A stretch of 64,000 bases of DNA from Bacteroidota bacterium (GTDB lineage: Bacteria; Bacteroidota; JABWAT01). Made by a program: the position numbers and the translations under genes. The notes beneath the pieces are model-generated. The model did no database searches and was not told where the DNA came from. It saw only the letters and a program-made list of their open reading frames with translations. Below, in pieces: positions 10,660 through 18,883 of this stretch (position 1 is the first letter of the stretch; each line of letters opens with the position of its first letter). The DNA lies in assembly GCA_017303995.1 (NCBI GenBank), contig JAFLBE010000007.1:26163-90162 (forward strand). The letters are read 5' to 3'.

Positions 10660-11238
10660 GTGAAAATGTCGCTGTATCCAGTTTTTTTTAAACTTGAAGG
10701 TCGATGCGTTTCCTTAATTGGCGGCGGAAAGCTGGCAGCTGAAAAACTCAGGGGGTTGAACGGTACCGGTGCCTCAATAAAAATCATTGCACCCGAATTG
10801 TCTGATGAAACCCGCTTTTGGATGGAAAAACTGAATTGCCGATGGATTGCCAGTCAGTTTGAGCCTTGTATGCTCACCGGAAGCTGTTTGGTTATTGCCG
10901 CAACCGATGATGAATTTGTTAACAATGAGGTCAGAGTTGCCGCCCAAAGCAGAGGGATTCCGGTAAACGTTGCAGACAGAAATGAGTTGTGTGACTGGTA
11001 TAACGGATCAGTCGTTTCACGTGGTGATTTTCTTCTGGCATTTTCTTCCAACGGAAAATCGCCGGCTTATCTGTCGTGGATGAGAGAACAATTGGATACT
11101 TTGATTCCATCTGATGAAGATGAATTTATTGCTGAACTTGGCGAAATCAGAGAAAAAATGAAAATATTTGGATTATCACCAGCACAACGTTCTGCCTGGT
11201 TCAGAGAGAAATTTACTGAACTGCAAAAGTCACTTTAA
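10660..11238 (+). CDS. sirC: Precorrin-2 dehydrogenase / sirohydrochlorin ferrochelatase (CysG N-terminal domain-like, SirC/Met8 family)
   Basis: Rossmann motif VSLIGGGKLAAEKL at the N-terminus. At 192 aa it fits the siroheme synthase N-domain. Confidence 0.8.
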   Translation: MKMSLYPVFFKLEGRCVSLIGGGKLAAEKLRGLNGTGASIKIIAPELSDETRFWMEKLNCRWIASQFEPCMLTGSCLVIAATDDEFVNNEVRVAAQSRGIPVNVADRNELCDWYNGSVVSRGDFLLAFSSNGKSPAYLSWMREQLDTLIPSDEDEFIAELGEIREKMKIFGLSPAQRSAWFREKFTELQKSL

Positions 11239-11325
11239 TTAGGGAATTCCTGAAAACAGGACATTCACCATGGTTTCAGTCTGGAAACGGATTGAATATT
11301 CTGTTGGATTCAAAATAGTAGCGCC

Positions 11326-12264
11326 ATGATGTCAACATCGATTTTAAAACTTATCATATCCGTTCGCTCCTTCCTTGATTCCACCGGAAGAAACTTTGAA
11401 GTTTTCACAAAGCCCGACGGTTCTCCAGTTACAACATCCGATATCGGTGTTCAGATAGTGATCAACCGGTTTTTAATGGAAAACTACTCGGATGATAAAT
11501 GGATTTCTGAAGAATCAGATTCTGGTTTGCCTGAATCGTTTCTCCAAAAAGTCACCAATCTTCTCAGAGAATCAGATCCGGACTTTAAACTTTCAAGCAC
11601 TGAAATTGCGCAGATTTTATCAAATCGTGGAAATCAGAACGGAGCGTCGTGGTGGATGGTGGATCCGATTGATGGAACAAGAGGATTTTTAAGAAACGAA
11701 CAATTTTCAGTCTGTCTTGCACGCTTTACAGAGGGGAAACCTGTATTTGGGTTACTGATTTGTCCGAATTTACCTTTTCCAAGGTTAGACTCACCAGAAA
11801 CCGGAACTATTTTTTATTGGGAAAAGGGAAGTGAACCTGTTCAGTTTTCGTACTGGAACTTTGAAATAAAAACCCAAATAAGTGTAAATAAAAACCCAAC
11901 CGGAATTTTACTGACAAGTGTTGAACGTGATCATTCCCGAATGGAAAAGGTAGAAAAAATAAGCCAAGGGGCAGGTTTCGGGAAGATTCTATCGTTCGAT
12001 AGTCAGGTGAAATACGGATTGTTAGCCCGGGGTGAAGCAGAAGCGCTGCTCAGAATTCCGGGTTCTGCAACTTACAAGGAAAAAGTTTGGGATCATGCTG
12101 CAGGTTTGGGCATTCTGGAAGCTGCAAGTGGGCAGGTTTCTGATGTTAACGGATTGCCGTTTTACTTTTCCGGAGAAGAAACACTCAGTAAAAATTTTGG
12201 ATTACTTGCTTCAAACGGTATCCGCCATTTTTCGATACTTAAACAGATCGAAGAAATCCGGTGA
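11326..12264 (+). CDS. cysQ: 3'(2'),5'-bisphosphate nucleotidase (PAP phosphatase), inositol monophosphatase family
   Basis: WMVDPIDGTRGF metal-binding motif and the WDHAAG motif. It is the last gene of the sulfur cluster. Confidence 0.8.
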   Translation: MMSTSILKLIISVRSFLDSTGRNFEVFTKPDGSPVTTSDIGVQIVINRFLMENYSDDKWISEESDSGLPESFLQKVTNLLRESDPDFKLSSTEIAQILSNRGNQNGASWWMVDPIDGTRGFLRNEQFSVCLARFTEGKPVFGLLICPNLPFPRLDSPETGTIFYWEKGSEPVQFSYWNFEIKTQISVNKNPTGILLTSVERDHSRMEKVEKISQGAGFGKILSFDSQVKYGLLARGEAEALLRIPGSATYKEKVWDHAAGLGILEAASGQVSDVNGLPFYFSGEETLSKNFGLLASNGIRHFSILKQIEEIR

Positions 12265-12346
12265 AAGTTGTGGTTTGATATCATGGAATATGAATTTCGT
12301 ACCCTATACCGCCCCGAAGCTAGTTTGGAGTCCTCACTTCGTTCGG

Positions 12347-12388
12347 CTTACCACTTATAACTTATAACTAGTGCTTACTTGTCTCTCT
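12347..12388. repeat. Heptanucleotide tandem-repeat array 2 (CTTACCA CTTATAA CTTATAA CTAGTGC TTACTTG...) overlapping the 3' end of the AAA ATPase gene
   Basis: Period-7 phasing. The reverse complement reads GTTATAA GTTATAA GTGGTAA, the same unit family as array 4. Confidence 0.6.
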
Positions 12389-14075
12389 CAAACCCGATCT
12401 TTTTGCTCTTTTCATCGTTTAGCGAAATTTCTTCCTTGCAAAATTCAATAAGATTTGCAAGATCAGGCTTTGCTCCTTCAACCAGTTCATGCAGCACAAT
12501 TTTCTTGACCACATTATCAATTTGTCCGCCTGAGAAAGTAAATTTCTCTGCAAGCGTGGAAATAGTAGTTTCCGGCCATTCCTTCAGTCTGGATGCCCAG
12601 ATTTTCTTTCTGACTTCCAATTGAGGTTTTTCAAATTTGATTTTAAACAGAAAACGGCGTTCAAAGGCCTGATCCAGGTTTTCATTCATGTTAGAAGTGG
12701 CGAATAAAATACCGTTAAATGTTTCAAGTTCCTGCAGCAAAATATTCTGCATGGTATTGTTCATCTGGTCAACAGATTGGGTTATTGAAACCCGTTTACT
12801 GATGAGTGCATCTGATTCGTTGAAAAATAAAATCGGAGTCAGCTCCTGAGAGGCCGCCGCCTTTTTATAGGAAACAAAAATTTCACGGATGGCTTTTTCG
12901 GATTCGCCAACATATTTATCACGGATCTGACTGATATCAACCTGATAAAGCCGTCTACCGGTCTGGCGTGCGATCTGCATAACCGATTCAGTTTTCCCTG
13001 TACCGGGATTTCCATATAACAGGATGGTAATTCCGGGAGAAAGATGGTGATGATTCAGGCGCTCCATGACTTTGTCAAGCTGATCCTGATGTAAAATGGC
13101 CTGAAGACGTTCAACGTGACGATTTTCTTTTTCATTGAAGAAAAGTGGTTTCTCACGGATGGATTCAGCATCGTAAACCAGTAAATTTTGTGGGGTAAAA
13201 AGCTTCTTTTTAACTTCACCGGGTTCAGCGTTGGTGTTAAAAAGCATTTCTATGCTTGAGTCAGACAATTCAACTTCATTGTCTTCGTCGATAAAAAATC
13301 CGTCACTGAATCTGAGCAAATCTTCTTTGAAAAGTATTGATTTTGCTTCCAATGAAGCTCGTTTGAAGCTGATGCGATCCTGCATACGGTCGAACATGGC
13401 GAGAGATATTTCACGGATAGATGCCGTATCACTTCCGTCGGCAAATTGAAAACAGACCTCGAGGAAAAATAACAGTTCGGGTATCGTCAGTTGCTTTTTC
13501 TTGAGTTCAAGAATCAACGGAACTTTTTCCTGATCTCTCAGATAATTTTCGGCATCCCTGAAATAATCGGCAGATGAAATTTTAGATTCACGCCTTTGTT
13601 CAAACAGATTGTGAACAAACTCAATGGTCTGAAAAAGATCACCGCTGATATCATCCTGTTTGGGAATGGGTTTGTCGTAGGCGATGCTGTTAAAGACCAC
13701 ATGGCGAACGAGGTAATCTTCTTCCAGAAATCCTGATTCTCTGAACTGATCACGCATAATCAGTTTTTTTCGTTCGAGCTGATCGAAAATTTGTTTGTAT
13801 GAAACCAGACTGAACGTGTCTTCACCGGTATGCTCAATAAAGGAAAGGGGAGAAACGCCACCAGGTTTTTGGAGGTTAAGGGCAAAAATAACGCAAAAAA
13901 CAACCGATTCTTCCCGGTTGCAATTTAGGTACGAAGATGTTGCTTCAATTGATGATGCTACTCTTCCAAGTTTGAAATTTCGTTTTGGGGATTTTTGAGC
14001 GGCATGAAAAACAGCCTGTATGTGCTTTAATATCGTTTTTTCCATAACCACCAAGGTCGCCTTTTTCATGATCAA
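12375..14075 (-). CDS. AAA+ family ATPase (single C-terminal AAA module, ~330-aa N-terminal domain of unknown function)
   Basis: Walker A LLYGNPGTGKTE, Walker B ILFFNESDAL, sensor/arginine finger AFERRF. It is the only minus-strand gene in a 28-kb run of plus-strand genes. Confidence 0.8.
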   Translation of the reverse strand: MIMKKATLVVMEKTILKHIQAVFHAAQKSPKRNFKLGRVASSIEATSSYLNCNREESVVFCVIFALNLQKPGGVSPLSFIEHTGEDTFSLVSYKQIFDQLERKKLIMRDQFRESGFLEEDYLVRHVVFNSIAYDKPIPKQDDISGDLFQTIEFVHNLFEQRRESKISSADYFRDAENYLRDQEKVPLILELKKKQLTIPELLFFLEVCFQFADGSDTASIREISLAMFDRMQDRISFKRASLEAKSILFKEDLLRFSDGFFIDEDNEVELSDSSIEMLFNTNAEPGEVKKKLFTPQNLLVYDAESIREKPLFFNEKENRHVERLQAILHQDQLDKVMERLNHHHLSPGITILLYGNPGTGKTESVMQIARQTGRRLYQVDISQIRDKYVGESEKAIREIFVSYKKAAASQELTPILFFNESDALISKRVSITQSVDQMNNTMQNILLQELETFNGILFATSNMNENLDQAFERRFLFKIKFEKPQLEVRKKIWASRLKEWPETTISTLAEKFTFSGGQIDNVVKKIVLHELVEGAKPDLANLIEFCKEEISLNDEKSKKIGFERDK

Positions 14076-14281
14076 ATTCCAATCTAATGTCAGTAAAGTG
14101 ATTCTTCAGTTACGACGTGATTGTGACGGAATCTGTTCCTGAAGACAGTCAGTCATGTAATTTCCTGAACCGGGATAATGTTTGTTTACTGATAGTAAGT
14201 CTTTCATTCAGGTTTTTAAAATTAAACCGTTGGGTATTGGATCTCATCATAGTTGTGTTAATTCACAAAAAGGAATAAAAA

Positions 14282-14674
14282 ATGAAAACTAAAATGATTC
14301 TCCCCGCACTTTTTATCAGCTTACTTGCAGGTTCCGCATTTTCACAAACTCCTGCAGGACCGCCAGATCCCCAGAAACAATTAGACAGAATGACTCAGCA
14401 ACTTAATCTCGACGCCTCGCAACAGGAAAAAATAAAAGCCATTCTTCAGGCGGCAGAAAAGGACCGTGAAGCTATGAAAGCTGATCGTCTTGAAAAAGCA
14501 AAAGAAGTTTCTGGCAAAATCGAACAGGTTTTGAATGCTGAACAAAAGGTCAAATTCAAGGAAATGAAAGAAAAGCGCATAAAAGAAATGAAAGAGCGCA
14601 AAGCCGACAGGAAAGAAGGAAAAAAAGGTCGTAAAGGCCATCCTGAAGATAAACCAGAATCAGAAAAACCTTGA
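14282..14674 (+). CDS. Small periplasmic protein, Spy/CpxP/ZraP-like (LTxxQ-type helical, lysine-rich tail)
   Basis: Signal peptide MKTKMILPALFISLLAGSAFSQ, repeated QQxxI helices, highly charged K/E-rich C-terminus. Family assignment is by pattern only. Confidence 0.4.
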   Translation: MKTKMILPALFISLLAGSAFSQTPAGPPDPQKQLDRMTQQLNLDASQQEKIKAILQAAEKDREAMKADRLEKAKEVSGKIEQVLNAEQKVKFKEMKEKRIKEMKERKADRKEGKKGRKGHPEDKPESEKP

Positions 14675-14696
14675 TTCAACAGACTTTTTAAGCAGC

Positions 14697-14727
14697 CACC
14701 CGGGTCAAATCCGGGTGGTAATTTTTT
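14697..14727 (+). terminator. Intrinsic terminator CCACCCGG-gtcaaat-CCGGGTGG followed by TAATTTTTT
   Basis: Perfect 8-bp GC-rich stem followed by a T-run, 20 nt after the stop of the 14282-14674 gene. Confidence 0.7.
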
Positions 14728-14750
14728 AAACCCACCATCAAAATCCTGTC

Positions 14751-14813
14751 TTCTGACTCCAGACTCCTGACTTCTGACTCCTGCAATCTTTCTTCTGTCA
14801 CCTGAATTCTGTA
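14751..14813. repeat. Heptanucleotide tandem-repeat array 3 (TTCTGAC TCCAGAC TCCTGAC TTCTGAC TCCTGCA ATCTTTC TTCTGTC ACCTGAA TTCTGTA) upstream of gatB
   Basis: Nine phased 7-mers read directly. Unit YYCTGAC shares the TGAC/GTCA core with arrays 4 and 6. Confidence 0.7.
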
Positions 14814-14841
14814 TTTTCAGAGATTTAACCGGAATTATAGA

Positions 14842-16290
14842 ATGAATCACCCGAAATACGAAGCTGTAATCGGACTCGAAGTCCACGCACAATTATCAAC
14901 TAAAACCAAAATTTTCTGCGGTTGCTCAACTAAATTTGGTGCGGCACCGAATAGTCAGGTTTGTCCTGTTTGTCTTGGGATGCCCGGCGTTCTTCCTGTA
15001 CTCAACGAAAAAGTAGTTGAATATGTGATCCGAATGGGACTTGCCCACGGTTGTGATATTGCGGAACGGTCAACCTTCGCCCGGAAAAATTATTTCTACC
15101 CTGACCTTCCGAAAGGCTATCAGATATCCCAGTATGAAGATCCGATTTGCGCCAACGGCAGTGTTCAGTTTAAACTTGAAGACGGAACTGAAAAATCAGT
15201 TCGGCTTATGCGGATTCATATGGAAGAAGATGCCGGAAAGTCATTGCATGATCAGCATCAGGATACTTTTGTAGATTTGAACCGGGCCGGAACGCCACTG
15301 ATTGAAATCGTTTCCCAGCCGGATATCAAAACTGCAGAAGAAGCCGGAGCTTATCTTACCAAGCTTCGTCAGGCAGTCAGATATCTCGAAATTTGTGACG
15401 GAAATATGGAAGAAGGATCACTTCGATGTGATGCCAACGTTTCTGTCATGCTCAGAGGATCTAAAGAATTCGGAACCCGTACCGAACTGAAAAACCTGAA
15501 TTCAATTAAGTTCGTCGAAAAAGCCATTGACGCTGAAATTGCCCGTCAGATTGACATTATCGAAGATGGCGGAAAAATTATTCAGTCGACTATGGGTTAT
15601 GACCCGCACCGGAACGAAACCCGGGTTCTCAGAACCAAGGAAAATGCACACGACTACCGGTATTTTCCTGATCCTGATTTGGTCATGGTTCACGTTACTG
15701 AAGACAGGATTACAAAAGTCCGCAATGAAATGCCAGAGCTTCCTGATCAGAAGAAAAACAGACTGGTTAGTCAGTACGGAATTCCGGTTTATGATGCAGA
15801 AGTGCTTTCCGCAGATAAAGAACTTGCAAATTATTATGAATCGGTTTGTAAGGAAACAACTGATTTTAAGGCAGCCTCCAACTGGGTGATGGGCGAAGTC
15901 ATGCGGATCATGAAGGAAAAATTGCTTTCAATATCCGAGTTCTCTCTCACCCCTGTTCAAATTGCCGGAATTGTGAATCTGATCAAAGACGGAAAAATCA
16001 GTACTACAATAGGGAAGCAATTATTTGAAGAACTGTTGGCAAATGGTGGTGATCCTGCAACTGTTGTTGAAGCCAAAGGTTGGCTCCAGGTTTCTGATAC
16101 CGGAGCAATTGAATCTGTTATTGATACCGTGATTGCCTCAAATCCCGGTCAGGTAGCTGAATTTGTTGGCGGAAAGGATAAACTTTTTGGTTTCTTCGTT
16201 GGCCAGACCATGAAAGCCATGAAAGGGCAGGGAAACCCAAAAGTCATCAATGATATTCTGGTTAAAAAACTGGAAGCCCTGAAAAGCTAA
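14842..16290 (+). CDS. gatB: Aspartyl/glutamyl-tRNA(Asn/Gln) amidotransferase subunit B
   Basis: N-terminus YEAVIGLEVHAQL, CGC...CPVCLG zinc motif, C-terminal GatB/YqeY domain. Confidence 0.95.
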   Translation: MNHPKYEAVIGLEVHAQLSTKTKIFCGCSTKFGAAPNSQVCPVCLGMPGVLPVLNEKVVEYVIRMGLAHGCDIAERSTFARKNYFYPDLPKGYQISQYEDPICANGSVQFKLEDGTEKSVRLMRIHMEEDAGKSLHDQHQDTFVDLNRAGTPLIEIVSQPDIKTAEEAGAYLTKLRQAVRYLEICDGNMEEGSLRCDANVSVMLRGSKEFGTRTELKNLNSIKFVEKAIDAEIARQIDIIEDGGKIIQSTMGYDPHRNETRVLRTKENAHDYRYFPDPDLVMVHVTEDRITKVRNEMPELPDQKKNRLVSQYGIPVYDAEVLSADKELANYYESVCKETTDFKAASNWVMGEVMRIMKEKLLSISEFSLTPVQIAGIVNLIKDGKISTTIGKQLFEELLANGGDPATVVEAKGWLQVSDTGAIESVIDTVIASNPGQVAEFVGGKDKLFGFFVGQTMKAMKGQGNPKVINDILVKKLEALKS

Positions 16291-16332
16291 GGTTTTCAGA
16301 AAAATTGCCGGATTATTTGCTGTTATAAATAG

Positions 16333-16372
16333 GATGTCATCCCCGTCCCGAAAGCTTTCGGGACGGGGATCC
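16333..16372. repeat. TGTCATCC-family nested palindrome (ATCCCCGTCCCGAAAGC/TTTCGGGACGGGGAT)
   Basis: Perfect 17-bp inverted repeat headed by GATGTCATCC. Related copies are at 33251, 42966/43031, 45291 and 58042. Confidence 0.7.
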
Positions 16373-16573
16373 ATGCCTTTCTTCACCAATTTCGATTTTC
16401 CCCTCCAAATAAACCCCTTTCTCATATTCATCCGAATAATAATCGTAGTAATTGAATTATTCAGAATTATATTCATTTATTTTTCTCGTAAACGTGTATT
16501 GTATAAATAATAGTTGGTATTATCTTTGTAATCCAAATTATATTCAACGGTAAAACAGGTAAGGAAATTCTGA

Positions 16574-17710
16574 ATGAAGTTCTCAACTAAAGCCATTCAT
16601 ACGGGTGTAAATAAAGATTCTGCCTACAATAGTGTCATCACGCCTATTTATCAAACCTCTACCTTTCGTTTTGAAGACATTGGGACTACAAAGGGATATG
16701 ATTACACCCGTTCCGGAAATCCGACCCGGACTGCCCTCGAAGAATGTCTGGCTGATCTCGAAGGCGGACTTTTAGCGCGTGCAGTAGCAACGGGTATGGC
16801 TGCCATTAACGTAGCTCTTCATTTTGTGAAAACCGGCGAACATATCATTTCTACCAATGATTGTTATGGCGGAACGGAACGTTTACTTCGTATTTATTCT
16901 GGTCTGTATGGCATTGAAGTGACATTTGTCGATATGACTGATCTGGAAAAAGTCCGACAGGCAGTAAAGCCGAACACCCGCCTGGTCTGGATTGAAACGC
17001 CAAGCAATCCGCTTCTGAATGTTGTTGATATTAGAGCTCTTACTGACATTGCCCATCAGAATCATGCTTTGGCTGCAGTTGACAATACCTTTCTTTCTCC
17101 TTATTTCCAGCGGCCGTTTGAACTTGGCGCTGATATCGTTATTCACTCCACTACAAAATATCTGAACGGACACAGTGATGTTGTCGGTGGGGCAGTCATT
17201 GTAAATAATCAGGAGCTCGGAACCCGACTTTCTGAACTTGTGAATGCACTGGGACAAAGTCAGGCACCTTTTGATGCATGGCTGGTTTTGCGTGGAATAA
17301 AAACACTGGTTCCAAGAATGAAAGCTCACGAAGAGAACGCCAATAAACTGGCAAAATTTCTTGATCAGCACCCGAAAGTTGCAAAAGTTAACTATCCCGG
17401 TTTGCCAACGCACCCGCATCACGAACTCGCCAAAAAGCAGCAATCCGGTTTTGGCGGAATGATATCTTTTGAGGTTAAGGGTGGAATTGGAAATGTGAAC
17501 AAACTCCTGAAAGCGACCCGGATATTTGCAATTGCCGAATCGCTTGGTGGAATTGAATCACTTATTTGCCACCCGGCAACCATGACTCATGCTTCCATGA
17601 ATCCTGAGCTAAGAGAGAAGGCCGGTATCAATGAACGGGTTATCCGTCTCTCTGTCGGAATTGAAGATATCGATGATTTGATTGGAGACCTGAATCAGGC
17701 ATTAGGATAA
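16574..17710 (+). CDS. metB: PLP-dependent cystathionine gamma-synthase/gamma-lyase family enzyme (Cys/Met metabolism)
   Basis: Cys/Met-metabolism PLP fold (YTRSGNPTR..., TKYLNGHSDVVGG lysine region). 378 aa. Confidence 0.85.
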   Translation: MKFSTKAIHTGVNKDSAYNSVITPIYQTSTFRFEDIGTTKGYDYTRSGNPTRTALEECLADLEGGLLARAVATGMAAINVALHFVKTGEHIISTNDCYGGTERLLRIYSGLYGIEVTFVDMTDLEKVRQAVKPNTRLVWIETPSNPLLNVVDIRALTDIAHQNHALAAVDNTFLSPYFQRPFELGADIVIHSTTKYLNGHSDVVGGAVIVNNQELGTRLSELVNALGQSQAPFDAWLVLRGIKTLVPRMKAHEENANKLAKFLDQHPKVAKVNYPGLPTHPHHELAKKQQSGFGGMISFEVKGGIGNVNKLLKATRIFAIAESLGGIESLICHPATMTHASMNPELREKAGINERVIRLSVGIEDIDDLIGDLNQALG

Positions 17711-17939
17711 TGTTTTCATCCCGGGGTTTTTAATGTGCAGGGGCTTAAAATGAAAGGGCTTAAAATGTTAAGCCCCTACACATCTCAACCCCCTGTGGTG
17801 TTTGTATCTCAACATCCCCCATTAATCCTCCATTAATTTTAAAAGGTTTCTGACAACCCATTTGTCTGTTTTTCCAAATAAGCCTACTTTTGCACCCGAA
17901 AATTATTCCAATTTTATACAATCAAAAGGAAAAAATCCC

Positions 17940-18692
17940 ATGCCAAAAACCATTATTGCCGGTAACTGGAAAATGAACAAGAACCTGGCTGAATCCGTTC
18001 AGCTTGCTTCAGAAGTTGTTAAAGTTTCTGGTAAGGCAAGTGCAGGCGTTGAACTTGTCGTTTGTCCTGTTTTTACCCATCTCGAAGCAGTCAAAGAAGT
18101 GATCAAGGGAAGTGCTGTTAAGCTTGGTGCTCAAAATTGTTATCCTGCAGATTCAGGTGCTTTTACCGGTGAAGTTTCTGGCTCGATGCTCAAGGCAATT
18201 GGTGTTGAATATGTGATTTTAGGTCACTCTGAGCGTCGTCAGTATTTTCATGAAAGCAATGAATTTATCAATAAAAAAGTACATCATGTTCTTGCTCATG
18301 GTATGAAACCGATTTATTGTGTTGGCGAGTTGCTTGAAGAACGTGAAAAAGGCGTTACCCATCAGGTTGTAACTGAGCAGATCAATGCCGGTCTTGCTAA
18401 TGTGACTGCCGACCAAATGAAAAATGTGGTTATTGCATACGAACCGGTTTGGGCTATCGGTACCGGAAAAGTTGCTTCTCCTGAACAGGCAAACGAAGTT
18501 CACATCCTCATCAGAAATCTTCTGGTTAAGCTGGTTGGCGATGCAGGTAAGGAAGTTACCATTCAATATGGTGGTTCTATGAAACCTGACAATGCAAAAG
18601 AATTGCTTGCCCAATCAGAAATCAATGGTGGTTTGATCGGCGGCGCTGCATTAAAGGCTGACGATTTCCTTGCTATCGGTTCCGCAAAATAA
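17940..18692 (+). CDS. tpiA: Triosephosphate isomerase
   Basis: IAGNWKMN, AYEPVWAIGTG, GGSMKPDNA motifs. The start was moved from the track's 17862 to the M of MPKTIIAGNWKMN. Confidence 0.9.
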   Translation: MPKTIIAGNWKMNKNLAESVQLASEVVKVSGKASAGVELVVCPVFTHLEAVKEVIKGSAVKLGAQNCYPADSGAFTGEVSGSMLKAIGVEYVILGHSERRQYFHESNEFINKKVHHVLAHGMKPIYCVGELLEEREKGVTHQVVTEQINAGLANVTADQMKNVVIAYEPVWAIGTGKVASPEQANEVHILIRNLLVKLVGDAGKEVTIQYGGSMKPDNAKELLAQSEINGGLIGGAALKADDFLAIGSAK

Positions 18693-18702
18693 TTGATTTT
18701 TG

Positions 18703-18731
18703 GTAGAGACAAGGCAATGCCTTGTCTCTAC
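18703..18731 (+). terminator. Hairpin GTAGAGACAAGGCA-a-TGCCTTGTCTCTAC downstream of tpiA, followed by a partial direct repeat of its 3' arm
   Basis: Perfect 14-bp stem. The next 25 nt (ttatttcattgccttgtctctacgc) repeat the descending arm. Confidence 0.55.
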
Positions 18732-18883
18732 TTATTTCATTGCCTTGTCTCTACGCTTCAAAATCCACAGCCTCCTTGATTCAATCCCGTTTTCCTGCTA
18801 CCTTTTCAACTTAATTCCGGAAACTCCGGAATCCTTTTAAACCATGAATCCGGTTTAACTGTCCTTAAACCGGACGGACAGGT

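Noticed and set aside
12032-12367. 111-aa ORF overlapping the cysQ 3' end and running into heptamer array 2.
   Set aside because: Alternate frame of cysQ continued through repeat DNA; no support.
16380-16573. SAM-type riboswitch upstream of the metB-like gene.
   Set aside because: The region is AT-rich without recognisable SAM-I or SAM-II conserved blocks; it cannot be supported from sequence alone.
17862-17939. N-terminal extensions of track ORFs for tpiA (17862), dacB (31776), leuD (43031), cimA (43635) and dusB (59467).
   Set aside because: Conserved N-terminal motifs of each family begin at an internal Met. The extensions translate repeat elements or leader DNA, for example the leuD extension over the 42966-43060 palindromes.
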